Source of the DNA: Phallusia mammillata | Taxonomy: Eukaryota | Length of the DNA: 64,000 nucleotides | Reading direction: 5' to 3' | NCBI GenBank assembly: GCA_965637545.1 | Contig: OZ281499.1 | Span: forward strand, 9,548,001-9,612,000 | Shown here: piece by piece, positions 37,560-49,600 of the stretch | Position numbering within the stretch: the stretch's first letter is position 1 | Layout of the letters: each line of letters starts with the position of its first letter | Notes under the pieces: model-generated | Seen by the model: the letters and a program-made list of their open reading frames with translations, nothing else | Told to the model about the DNA's origin: nothing | Database searches by the model: none | Translations under genes and position numbers: made by a program

Positions 37560-37611
37560 AGCTGCACTAATGGGAACTTACAGGTCGAAACAGTGTGCAC
37601 TGTCTGCAGCT
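37560..37611 (+). ncRNA. Type I hammerhead ribozyme motif, family A copy 2 (core CUAAUGG, GUC site)
   Basis: AGCTGCA-CTAATGG-GAACTTACAGGTC-GAA-ACAGT-gtgc-ACTGT-C-TGCAGCT: perfect 7-bp stem I, 5-bp near-palindromic stem III, GUC. Two core substitutions; homologous to 19843-19894. Confidence 0.6.
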
Positions 37612-38414
37612 TATAACAGGCTATATCTTGTGAAATATTAGGTGTCTTTGTAGCAGCCTCAATAATCGCATTTGTATTGCTTGTGAAACATATTCGTTTT
37701 GAATTTTGTATATTTTGAGGAAAGGCGTTTGAAAATTACGTACGCGAAAAAGTGAACAACAGAAAACAAAGGTTGAGAAAAATGCTGTGTAGTGTTTAGT
37801 CTTCCCCGCTCTTTACACATTGGGCGTGGCCAAACAAAACAGTGTGCAATATTGGCACGGAAAAATCTTCAAAACTTTCCCACAGTTTTATGACGCGCCA
37901 CAGCGTTGTTCGTTAACCCAAGCACACACTAACTCTTCAAAGATAAATCCTTATCATGAAATTATAATTCTTACAACAACACGAACGTTTTTCCCCAATC
38001 ATGCAGGATTACCTAGTTTAGGATAATTTTAGGGCTGCTGAATGCCACACAGTCAAAACAAAAGTATTTGGATCATGCACACGCAGCATTGCTCGACACT
38101 GGAGAGTTGTGTACATTCCACATTAATTAACATTTGATTATATAGTCACACGCTCTACCCGTCAATGCCCACCGCTTCAACGTAGACATATTACCGTCAC
38201 CCCATGCCAAATTAATTTGCATCATTCTCTACTGAACAGTATACGCTAAATTTGTCTCGTTTTAAATCATTTTGCAATACCAACCTTCTTTGTCGAATTT
38301 AATATGCCTTCTTTAATAGAGAAATATCTCGTTGTTGGCTAATACAAAGCCACCAGTTTAAAATCTTAGGGATTGCTTGTTAGACTTGTTGTACAAGTTA
38401 AGGATTCACAGTGT

Positions 38415-41400
38415 TTAGCTGAAATGTGGATTGAATTCAATGTCCCTTATTTTCTCTTCAGAGTCAAACTGACGGTAACCAAGCATGTCTAAAGCTTCGG
38501 AGCAGATCTTTTGTATCTCTTGTACCTCATCATAAGTTAAACTCTTTCTCCAATCTGACACAACTGTTGCAGAATTCCGCTTGGTGCCTTGTGATTCTTT
38601 CACTGAAAGGTTATCGTCGTTTTTTGCTGACGTGGCATCTTTGAGCCAGGTTCGAATCGAAGGATTCATGTTGATTCCAATGAAGTCATAAACAGCCTAT
38701 ACAAATGCACATAAACTTTAAACTCGTTGGAAACAAATCGTAGGCATATCTAAAGGTGCTAATGTTTTTACGGTTACTACTCAAAAAACGAATTTTGCAA
38801 ACTTTACAAGATTCGAATCTTTGCTATTCTTATAACCTGCGTGACTTCGATTGGATTCATTGCAAAGTCCTCATGTCTGATCCGCATGTATTGCTCTTTG
38901 AGTTCTCCTGCATTAATCACGTTCTCTGCAAAGATGATGTTTTCAGTCATCTTGGGACAGATAATGTTGGCGACGTATCTGTTTTAACACATCATTTAAT
39001 TGATTAATTTTTGGTAAATTTAAATCAAAAATACGAATAAAAGTCAATAAAAGTTGATTTGTTAAAGCAATCTCTTAATTAAAAAAAAGCAAAGAGGCCA
39101 ATGTATAATAATTTTTTAAGGTTAAGTGCAAAATACATTTCCTTTTGAAAAAATTACCAACAAAAGCTCAGATAAGATTACATAGGCCTACACATAATTA
39201 ATACACTTATCTGCAATTACGTGTTTTTGACAAGACTGGTTTGGTTGGTTACAATGTTTTACACGTGTGATGCTGAACACACAAGTAGGAAATAAATTTG
39301 AGTTATATACAGTTGCCATATCGTCTTTATTTCTAAGATTTGTCCTTATTTTGAAGGGCAAAGTCTTAGAAAAGTTCATTGTCCTTATTTCTAAGATTTG
39401 TCCTTATTTTTGACTTGAGTCCTTTTTTTGTCTTATTTTCAACAATTACAAGTCAAATATCTGCTACAAGTAAAAGTAAACCTAGACCTGAGCTGTTGTG
39501 AGATGCACGAAGTATTTTCTACGAACAAGGAGTGGCTGAAACAGATTGTTTCTGCCAAAATATGACATGTGATATGTCATGACTCGTATAAATGCAAAGA
39601 TTTGTTTAAAAACGTTTGTTTTGTTTCGTATAAAAATTTAATTTTTCGGTGGTCCTTATTATTGGTTTCGATGGCAACCCTGGTTATATATGATCGATGG
39701 CAACCCTGGTTATATATGATGTTTTAGAAGTTTTAGCGATTTTCAGGAGCATTGAACACTGAACAGGATTGTGCAAATCATTAAAAAGTAAAAAAAATCA
39801 AACATTGATACCTGATACGGGTAAAACGGGTAAACGTAGGATCATAAATTACGTACAAGCCCAAATTACTATCAGGTAAAATATTAACCAAAGTAAAAGC
39901 AAACTTAAACAGCAGTGGCGGTTTGAGCAGTTTTAACAAACCAATAGGAGCACTTTAAATATTACATGGATAGAATTATCAAATTGATTTTTTTAAATAT
40001 AACAACCCCAAAATAACACAAAGTGGACCAACATAAAAGTTTAGGTTTGTACATAACCTTTGACTGATTTTTAATACGTTTAAAAAGTGAGATATAACAT
40101 ATTGTTGTGCTGGTGGTATAATTTTTTGATGGTATAATTATTTTCCAGTGGTTGTCAGCAGTCATTTGCAAGCCATTTTTTTGTAAAAAGGTGCAGGATT
40201 TTACCACGTATCAAATATCAGTAACGCAGTATCACTAAGCAAATTGAAATATTTTTCTAGGAGTTCTTATAGCAAGAGTGTCCTACCGATGGAATTTAAC
40301 CTTTTTAACACAACCCCTAGATTTAGCATTTTGGGGGTTAATTTACTGCACTCGGAATCAGGCACATAGTATTGATTCCGAAAACAACATATATGCTTGC
40401 TATTTATACCTGACAGCTGAAATCCGATTTTTCGATTTGTTGGAACGCACTCTTGAATTTATTGTAGCTCGCGGGTCTCGGACCAGATGTACGATTTTGA
40501 GATTTACTGTGTGACTTGATAACAAAGGAACCAGCCACTCCAATTTGCACAGATATATCACCTAAATACAATGGAATTGCCTAGATCAGTAGTTCTCAAA
40601 CTGTGCGTCGCGACGCCCTGGTGCGTCGTTTCAACTTTCCAAGGGCGTCGCAGAATAGTTCCGTTTAATGGCTATTTTGTTGTTGTATCAATAAACACAA
40701 CTTTAATAATCAGTTTCCTCATTAGTATTGGCTGGTCCGTCGCAAGTCCAGAAAACTTTTCCAGGGGCGTCACAATGAAAAAAAGTTTGAGAACCACTGG
40801 CGTATCGACCGGTTTTATACCGATGAACTTAGTTTTATCGCAACGCATGGTGTCAGTCTGAAGCCACACAAGCTTTTATTACTGTTTTGTTTGTTTTGAT
40901 CCTTTTGTCACTTTATAAGAACTTATACTGCATTGACAATTATACATATACCTTAATGTTTTTGTACCTACCTTCATTGCTCGTATCAAGCTATTTCGGC
41001 AGTGTTTAGACAATTTGTCCAAGTCCATGGGCTTTGAACATTGCTGCATGTTGTACTTGTCCACCTTGCACAGATCCGCGTCTCGAGACAGAAACCGACT
41101 GTTTTTGGTGCCTTTCGTGCTACAGATTTTTGTGGTCATGCATCTGTTCATATGAGTTAAACATTAGAGTTAGTGGTCTTAGAAATTGCCGATTTAATTT
41201 ACAAATAAGTTATTATAATGTAGCCTATACATAATATGATTTAACCGTTTGTAGTTAAAAGCCCCCTTCTCTTGCGTGCACACAAGAAAATATTCCTTTA
41301 AAATAGTACATATAAAATGTAAAACATGAGTATCTTCTTTGCTAATGGTACAACCTTTAACTGAAGAAAATATTCCTTTAGGATACGAAAAAACTATTTG

Positions 41401-41935
41401 TTCGTGACTAGATGTACGTAAAATGAAGGGTGTTACTACAAAAAATGTTGGGAACCACCACTGCCATAATCGATTGGTAATGCAAAGTGGCCCAGGTAAA
41501 AAAAATGAATCTCCAACTCGTGTTCTTAACTTACTGTGAGTATTTATCCGTACATTTGCTGGCGTTAAATCCACGGGCATAATGTTGCTCCAAATCAAAT
41601 TGGCAATGCACGATTTTGCTTAAAACTTGAAGTCTGTCGTCTAGTAGTTCTTCACACTTCGTCTCCGAAAACGGTATTAACGGTTCATAGAAATACGTGA
41701 CGTCGGTACGTTGGTTGAAAATCTCCCCCAAAACGCTGGAACCCGAACGTTTCTGCGTGAACAAAATCACGGCGTCTGTGCGGCCGCGATGTTTCGTGTT
41801 TAGAACTGTCCCCTGTTTGGTCTCAATTTTAACTGGTTTGCTTGAAGACAGAACAAGATGATAATAAGCGAATGAAACCAGGGTAATTGTCGGTAGCATC
41901 ATCGCAAACGCAGCGAGTTTCCGGTTAGTATGCAT
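38415..41935 (-). CDS. Golgi type II carbohydrate sulfotransferase, CHST1/3/5/6-like, copy 2 (382 aa)
   Basis: Exons 41535-41935, 40972-41143, 40410-40561, 38837-38978 and 38415-38696; same intron positions and phases as copy 1; both PAPS motifs intact. Confidence 0.92.
39310..39682. mobile_element. hAT MITE (same family as 31148), intronic in CHST copy 2
   Basis: Left end CAGTTGCCA (degenerate), right TIR TGGCAACCCTG, perfect TSD GTTATATA; a 26-bp tandem duplication of the right TIR and TSD follows (39694-39719). Confidence 0.85.
40587..40799. mobile_element. hAT MITE, 213 bp, intronic in CHST copy 2
   Basis: TIR CAGTAGTTCTCAAACT / AGTTTGAGAACCACTG; TSD decayed (GCCTAGAT / GCGTATCG). Confidence 0.75.
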
Positions 41936-43306
41936 ATCGTTAACTGCATGTGTGGACGCAGTATCCTTTTTAATTTGAGCACTGTATCCTCTGTAGGTTG
42001 GTGAGTAGGTTGGTTTCCTTTATTCAGTAAATTAATATTATGGTTAAGTCCACATTATAACGATCTGAAATCAAAACATTAATTTATGGATACCATTTGT
42101 TGCGGCAGCAAATATTATGACACAAAATTTCGTTTTTTAGTTCATAAAACAAAAAAAAGCCACCAGACAAAGTGCTGCAAGCACAAAAACGTAATTTAAT
42201 GTTTAAAAATCGCTTGAATAGAACGCGCCGCGCTTTTTCGATGCAAGGATACAATCAATTTTGAAACTAATAGTTATATGAAGTCACCTGATACTTCAGT
42301 TCCGAAATAGGCCTCCAGCGCGCATGGGTGCATTGGATTGCTGTCGTCCCTTTGCTACTTCATGTAGTTTTAGTTTCAAAATCGATTGTATCTCTGCACC
42401 GGGAAAGCGCCAAAAGGCGGCTGTTAAGCGTTGTTAATGTATGGAGACCAATACCACGCAAATTTATCAATAAAATTTCTTCAACAATAACCATCATGCA
42501 CAACACTGTGCGCAAATAGTTTTCAACATGCAAGAAGGAAGCCATGTATGATTTAAACAGATCTAATGAAGTCGATTTCGCAAAATTGTATGATTTAGGG
42601 CCAATGTTTTTCAACCTATCGCTCGCGACACCGGTGCTGTCGTATGCCCTTTTTTGTGGGGTCGCAACGCTTTTAAATCACCAATGAAAAGTAAAATACA
42701 GCGATCCACGAACATCAGTTCAACGCAGTAAAACTGAATATGAATACAATTGCTCGAATTAAATGACTACGTATATATGTAGAACTTTAGTCACTAGGAA
42801 AATACTTTCCATTCTTAGAACTTATAAAGTACGATTTTTTAGTTAACATATAATTTTTTTCGACAAAATTTGATTTTAGAGACGTTCTTTAATCGAATAA
42901 AAGAGTCAATATTTATGTCACAATCAACATTTTTTGTCTTTGTGATCGTTACATACTTTTGTGGCCTTTTCATTGCTTGTGTTGTTCCTTACTTTTTTCT
43001 ATTCAAACAACTGCAATCGTGCCTTAAACCGCTTAATCAAGAACAAGTAGCTGTTTGGTGAATGCATTGTCTTGCAGCGTTGTGCATGCTTTCGCATCTT
43101 TTATGTTCCCACTATATAAAGCACTGACATGTCATAATTAATACTAGCAGACCCTGCCTTATAAATTTTTGTGCTACCAAAAAAAATGTATTCTTTTGTT
43201 GACACTACAGTATAACTCAATGGAAGAAAGCGAGATTAAACAGGGTCGATGAACCCCCAAGCTAACTTTTGTGGTTGAAAATTTAACGAAGGACATTCCC
43301 CTAAAG

Positions 43307-44155
43307 CAGTGGTTCTCAAAGTATGGGTCGCGCAGGGTCAAAAAATGGGTCGCGCTACGGTAATTCAATTCTGCCCAAACGAACTATTACTGAATTAAGT
43401 AAACACAAACGAATTTATTTAATGCAGTAATATGGTCACCACACTCGACCACGTTGTGCAGTAAATAGAACCAATCATTACCACATACAGAATATAGCCT
43501 TTCAACTTTACTGTTACGCACATGGCGATTGTAACGTCATAGCACGGGAAGTAACAGGACAAGTTAATCATGCTAAACTGAACCTGGAGATGTAACAGTT
43601 AGCGTGTGAGGATGAGTAAGTATTCGTACAAGGAAAATTTTTTGGATTTGGGATTCACTAACAATAATCATGGTGCTGTAAAGCCGCAATGTGTGCTGTA
43701 AAGCCGCAATGTGTGCTGTGTTATGCAGTGTTGTCCAACGAACCAAGCTCGTTTAAAGAGCTCGTTCAGCCTGCAGCCATTTTCACATGGCCACAATCCT
43801 ATGCGGCAATAACGGTGGACTCGAAATTGCAGTCCGTCTCGTTATCCAACATCACAGTTAAAAGTCGAATCACAGACCTTTCACTGAATATAAAGTATCA
43901 AGTGGTCTCCCGAATGAAAAATAGAGCCGCGCATTGAAGATGTTATGAAGGAAAATTTCGGTTTCATCAATCACATTAAATAAATAAACCATTTGTATGT
44001 AATCAATCATTGTTTCATAGAACTGTGTAGTACAAATGGTTGTCTGTGTCTATCATTTCATGCATATCAGAAAAATACTTTTTTTGAGGTTTGGGTCGTG
44101 AGGTGTTCATAAAACTCAGATTTGGGTCGCGGTCAAAAAAGTTTGAGAACCACTG
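43307..44155 (+). mobile_element. Internally deleted hAT-Charlie/Buster element with transposase remnants
   Basis: TIR CAGTGGTTCTCAAA, perfect TSD CCCTAAAG. Internal peptides KPQCVLCYAVLSNE and SLSNITVKSRITDLSLNIKYQVVSRMK resemble Charlie/ZBED5-type transposase segments (PQCVIC..VL.NE; LSN.TV.RRI.DM). Confidence 0.88.
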
Positions 44156-46568
44156 CCCTAAAGGATTAATGCTGGACCAGGCTGAGGTATCGTTTGTAAA
44201 CAACAATCAAATCTCACTATAGTATGCGCAAATCTTTAACATAGTTTTACGGTAGGCAGTAATGTTACTCGTCCAAAACGCAATCAGTAATGTGATTTAG
44301 GTTGTGCTTGCATGAAGAAAAAATTCATCCCACTTTTAAGTCAATGCTATGCTTGGCACATTTGGTTATAAAAACATTTAAAGTCATTTTTGAAACTGGA
44401 CATTTCTACTGCTTTTGTTCTGCTTTTATACAGGAATTGAAAAGGAGCACGTCGGTTGGTCGTACCACATTTTCTCGCGACAAAAGGTAGAGAGAGTTGT
44501 TTTAGCTGAACAAAGGCGTCTCAAAGATCGCGCTGCCATGCGATACCAACAGACTCGGTAAGACTATTCGAGGATGTCACATTTTGAGGCCAAAAGATCT
44601 TCTCTGGTCTGCCGCATTTTAGCTATAAAGTGCAAGGGTCCCATTTTAAGCATGTACAACAAACCGCTGCGTTGTCATTTTGTCTGTCACACAAAAGACA
44701 CACTATGTTACTTGTTACAAAACTGTATGTAATGGCCTCTTTTCACATGAAACTACCAAATAAAATTTGTCGGCAATGTTTTATAGATCACACCAAATTC
44801 CTAAACTAGCTTTCCTAGTTTCAGTACTTTCGTAGGCCTTTAATAATGATTCCTCAAATTTCTGCACTAAATAAAAAATTGATGCTACATTTCTCTGTAA
44901 GTCTATAATATTACAAATAAAACTATTACAAATGTTACTGAATACAATCTAAAAAATGTATAACGATGTTTTAGGAAGGGATATTATAGCTAACTTGTAA
45001 GTCAGCACACCCATTATGTACTGCATTGCCAATAAGCAGAAAGATAAATTCCTAAATTCTACTTAAAAATTAGTTCCTACATTTCCTTTGCGAAATTCCA
45101 GCCAATATGGCTGACATCCAGTACGGACGTATGCCTGCCGCAAACACGTACACTAGCAATTGTACAGCTCTGACGGTGCTGTTGTCTAATTGTAAACGCT
45201 GGAATATTTGGTCTCTGTCCTATGTCACTACAAGCTTGTTGCTGTTTAAACTGCGCTCGTAACTCTTGCGCTTTGCTGCCACCAAACGTAAACGACACAT
45301 TTATCTTAAATCGACAAGGGGTTTATGTCTAATATTTATACTGCTAGGACAGCGATTTCTTAGCCCATACATAGCCTAATTGACGTTTCTATTCCCTTAA
45401 AACATATAGCAACTTAACTGATTGTATACAAGTGTATTAAAATAGAGGTCTACAATGTTTTAATGTCGTCCCCTCTGCTCTGTGGTGCCACTTATATGCT
45501 TTTAAACTTATAAAACAGAAATGTTAAAGAGCAGACATTTTTAGATGTTTACGTTCTAGGAAACAAGAGAAAGCTCTTTCGCGCAAAAACCCACTATGCA
45601 TAATAGAAGTTTGCCTATGTTGTCTTATCCAAGGCCGTTCGGACAGGGGGGTGAACAATCAGTTCCTTTGCCGATTTGTATGTACTTGCCACAAAGTATG
45701 GGACATGCTCACTAACCACCATTTCTAATCGTAATAAAACTTGCTCTGTATTAACTCAAGTTCATATGTCATACATTGAAGTATGTCATTTATTATTACT
45801 TACTCGCAATTTGTTAAGATACATTTCTACTATGTTGCACCAAAGTGAACCATTTCAAACAAAACGGTAAGATAGTTAGGTTAGTTTTATAAATTTTACA
45901 ATGTACAATAAGTTAATCGTGATTGCGAGTAATATCTACAAAATACACATAAATTAACATATGTGCGGGAATAAATAATGTCACTGGCATTTCCAGCAAC
46001 TACAAACTACTGTAAAATGAGTTTTGTGTATTTTAGTCTTCTTTGCAAAATTTAATCTTCGAAATCTGTACTACAAACCTGCATGTAAAAGTGTAAAAAC
46101 CAATATTCACTTTCCGAGTCAAAATTTTTCAACTGTACATTTTTAGTTGATGGTGTCGCAGCAATTGCCGTCGTATAACACACAAAAAATGTTAGTTGCT
46201 TTTTTTTCTTTTTTAATAAGCTATGGGAACCAGTTGCGGATTCGGTATAAAAAGTTTGTCACAACGTGTAGTAATTTAATTTTCTGCAGTCGATCAGTTC
46301 CACCAGTGGGTACAAAAGTTTTTTTTTGGAAACTGTGCCTTTCTCAATACCAAAGCAAAAACGAAAAATAAATAATTGCTACGCGAAACAAAGTCAACCA
46401 GCAAATTACCTTCTTGTTTTTTAAACATGTTAAGGAATAAATATGATATGCACCGCTTGTCATTGAATGCGATTACAGAGAGACATCAGGGAGACACAGT
46501 CCACCAGAGTACGCCAGTGTGCCAAAACCAACTGAAAGTTGAATTACAGTAAATCTTTGGGAAGCTAT

Positions 46569-46678
46569 TGTCATGAACGCACACACCTTTTACACGTTTA
46601 AGACGCGGTACACGGTTATATACGAAACGTGACGTCATAACTCAGGGACGACATCTAGCGGTAAATACATACATCACA
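46569..46678 (-). repeat. 3' LTR (110 bp)
   Basis: Identical to the 5' LTR except that 23 bp are replaced by TA; preceded on minus by PPT AACGAAGGGAAGT (46679-46691). Confidence 0.95.
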
Positions 46679-46690
46679 ACTTCCCTTCGT

Positions 46691-49600
46691 TTAAATTGAA
46701 CTTAACTGAAGTCTCGAAGGGTAAGGATTCACAATAACATTCAATGGACGTAAATGAACACGATTACGCCGATATAATACACCATCACTAGTTTTTACAA
46801 GATAAGAGCGATGAGATAACTGTTTTTCTATAGTTCCTTGTTGATCCCATAGTTTGTTTTGGGTATTGTACAGTTTTACAGGAGTGTTCACTTGTAATTG
46901 CAGCATGTTTCTTGTTCCCCTGTCATAATACTTCTTTTGTTGTTTTCTTTCTTTTCCAAACGGACGGCAAGTTGAACTTTTTAACGTTTCGATATCCAGG
47001 GGCATCGTGTGTCTGATTTGCCGACCCATGAGAAGCTGTGCAGGTGATTTTCCGCAAAGGAGAGGAGCACTCCTAAATATTAACAAACTTTTGTTAAAAT
47101 CCTGTACACTGGCATGAGCTTTTTTAAGTAGTTGCTTCGTTGTCTGGACACTCCTCTCAGCCAGTCCGTTGGATCGTGGATAATGTGGACTCGAGGTTAA
47201 ATGATCAAAGCCCCATTCCTCGGCTAATTTTGCAAACTCCTCACTAGAAAACTGAGGACCGTTATCACTAATAACAGTTTCGGGAATTCCAAACCTGGAA
47301 AAAATAGTTTTCAAACCACTTATAACAGACGCCGCAGAAGTTGTAGTCAACGGGGTTACTTCTGGATATCCGGAGTAGTAGTCCACTGTTACCAAAAACA
47401 TTTTTCGGTTCCAATAGAACAGGTCAGTTGCCACTTTCTGAAACGGATAAGAAGGAGCTTGGTGAGGTTCTAACGGTTGGCGTTGTTGCTGTGACCTGAA
47501 TTTTGCACAAATGGCACAAGAAGAAACCAAACCAGATATGTCGTTGGATAAGTCAGGCCAATATATACTTTCCCGAGCTCGTCCTTTGCATTTTACTTCA
47601 CCCAAATGGCCTTCATGCACACGTTCTAAAAAATAACTGCGCATAGATATTGGAACAACTATTCGAGATCCACGAAACAAAATACCGTCAACAACAGAAA
47701 GTTCATTTTTGACATCCCAAAAGGGTTTTGCTAAAGCAGGACAAGCACGCTTATGTAAAGGCCAACCATTATTTACAAGACGCATTACAATTTGCAACTG
47801 TTCGTCACATATGGTTTTACTTTGTAACTTTTGTTTAACTAATGGCATACACGCAATAGCGGATACAATTAGATCTACATATTCACATACACTATGACAA
47901 GAAAGCGATTGTACGGACACACTGTTCTCCACACATCTTGATAACAAATCAGCTGTGTGCATGAATTTACCTGGAGTAAACTCTGCGGTGAAATGAAATC
48001 TTTGCAACCGGATCATTAGACGTTGAATGCGCAACGGACAGTTATTTAACTCCTTGAGAAACAACGCTATGAGAGGTTTGTGATCAGTTTCTACCACAAA
48101 TTTCTGACCATAAACATACTGATAAAATCTTTCACATGCAAAGGTGATAGCAAGCAATTCCTTTTCAATTTGTGCATACCTTGTTTCAGCGGTTGTTAAA
48201 GCTCTTGCCGCATAAGCCACTGGCTGCCACATGTTGTCATGCTGTTGCAAAATTACAGCTCCAAGTCCATGTTTAGATGCGTCTGCCGAAATTTTGATCG
48301 ATTTCTTGGGGTCGAAAAACCGAAGGACTGGGGCAGTTCTAACCAGCCGTTTTAAATTCCTCCATTCCATTTCGTGTGCTTCCGTCCACTCCCAGTTGCT
48401 CCGTTTATGCAATAACAAACGCAAAGAAGATGTTTTAGTAGACAAGTCGGAAATGAAACGACCTAGGTACGTGACCATTCCCAAAAATTTCAGCAAGTCA
48501 ACCTTAGACTGAGGACGCTTTAGTTGCTCTATTGCATGAACTTTATTTGGATCAGGTTGAACACCTGAAGCACTTACAACTTCACCAAGAAAAGTAATCT
48601 TGTCTACACCGAACACACATTTTTCCTTATTGAGTTTCAGATTATTGCGTTGCAAAACCGTTAACACATTTTTAAGCCTCATGTCATGTTCCTGCTTAGT
48701 TGAACCCCAAACCACAATATCGTCCATAGACGTTACAACGCCGTTCATGTGTTCAAACATCATGTACACCAACTTGTGAAACACTTCTGGAGCAGAACAA
48801 ATGCCGAACGGCATGCGCAAAAATCTATACCGTCCAAACGGAGTGTTAAACGTACAAAGCTTAGAACTATCTTCATCCAACTTTACTTGCCAAAACCCAG
48901 ACAAAGCGTCGAGTTTAGAAAATACTTTAGCATTTGAAAATTGACTAATAATTTCTTCTCTAGTCGGAAGACAGAAATGCTCACGCAAAATTGCTTTATT
49001 TAAATCTCGCGGATCTAAGCAAACTCTTAGTTTTCCGTTTTTCTTTTCTACTATTACAAGAGAGTTCACCCACTTAGTTGGTTCTTCTATTCTTTTGATT
49101 ACTTGCATGCTTTCCATTCTTTGTAGCTCCTGTTGTAGTTTGTTTTTGAGTGCAAATGGAATTTTTCTGCTGGGACGGACTACGGGACAAACTTTGTTAT
49201 CGGTCTTTATTCGGTGACAACCTGGAACACAACCCAACCCTTGAAATAAATCTGAAAAGCTGGACAGCAAATTTTGTTCGTCACTGACAATCGGTTCCAG
49301 CTTATTTATTAGGCCAAGAGTTACTGCTCCATTTAATCCTATAATAGGCAATGCATTAATCTCCACAACAACAAATGGTAGAGTAAATGATTGCTCTCTG
49401 TATTGAAGTGTTAAACTAATTGTCCCACAAACTGGAATATGGTGGCCAGTATATGAGATCAATCGAATATTAGTAATAGAAACATATGGACGTCCCTGAA
49501 GTTTTTGAAAATCATTTCGTGACAAAATATTTACTTGGGCTCCCGTGTCTATCTTAAAACGAAGTGTACATGAAAGCACAAAAATTTCAACAAGCCAATC

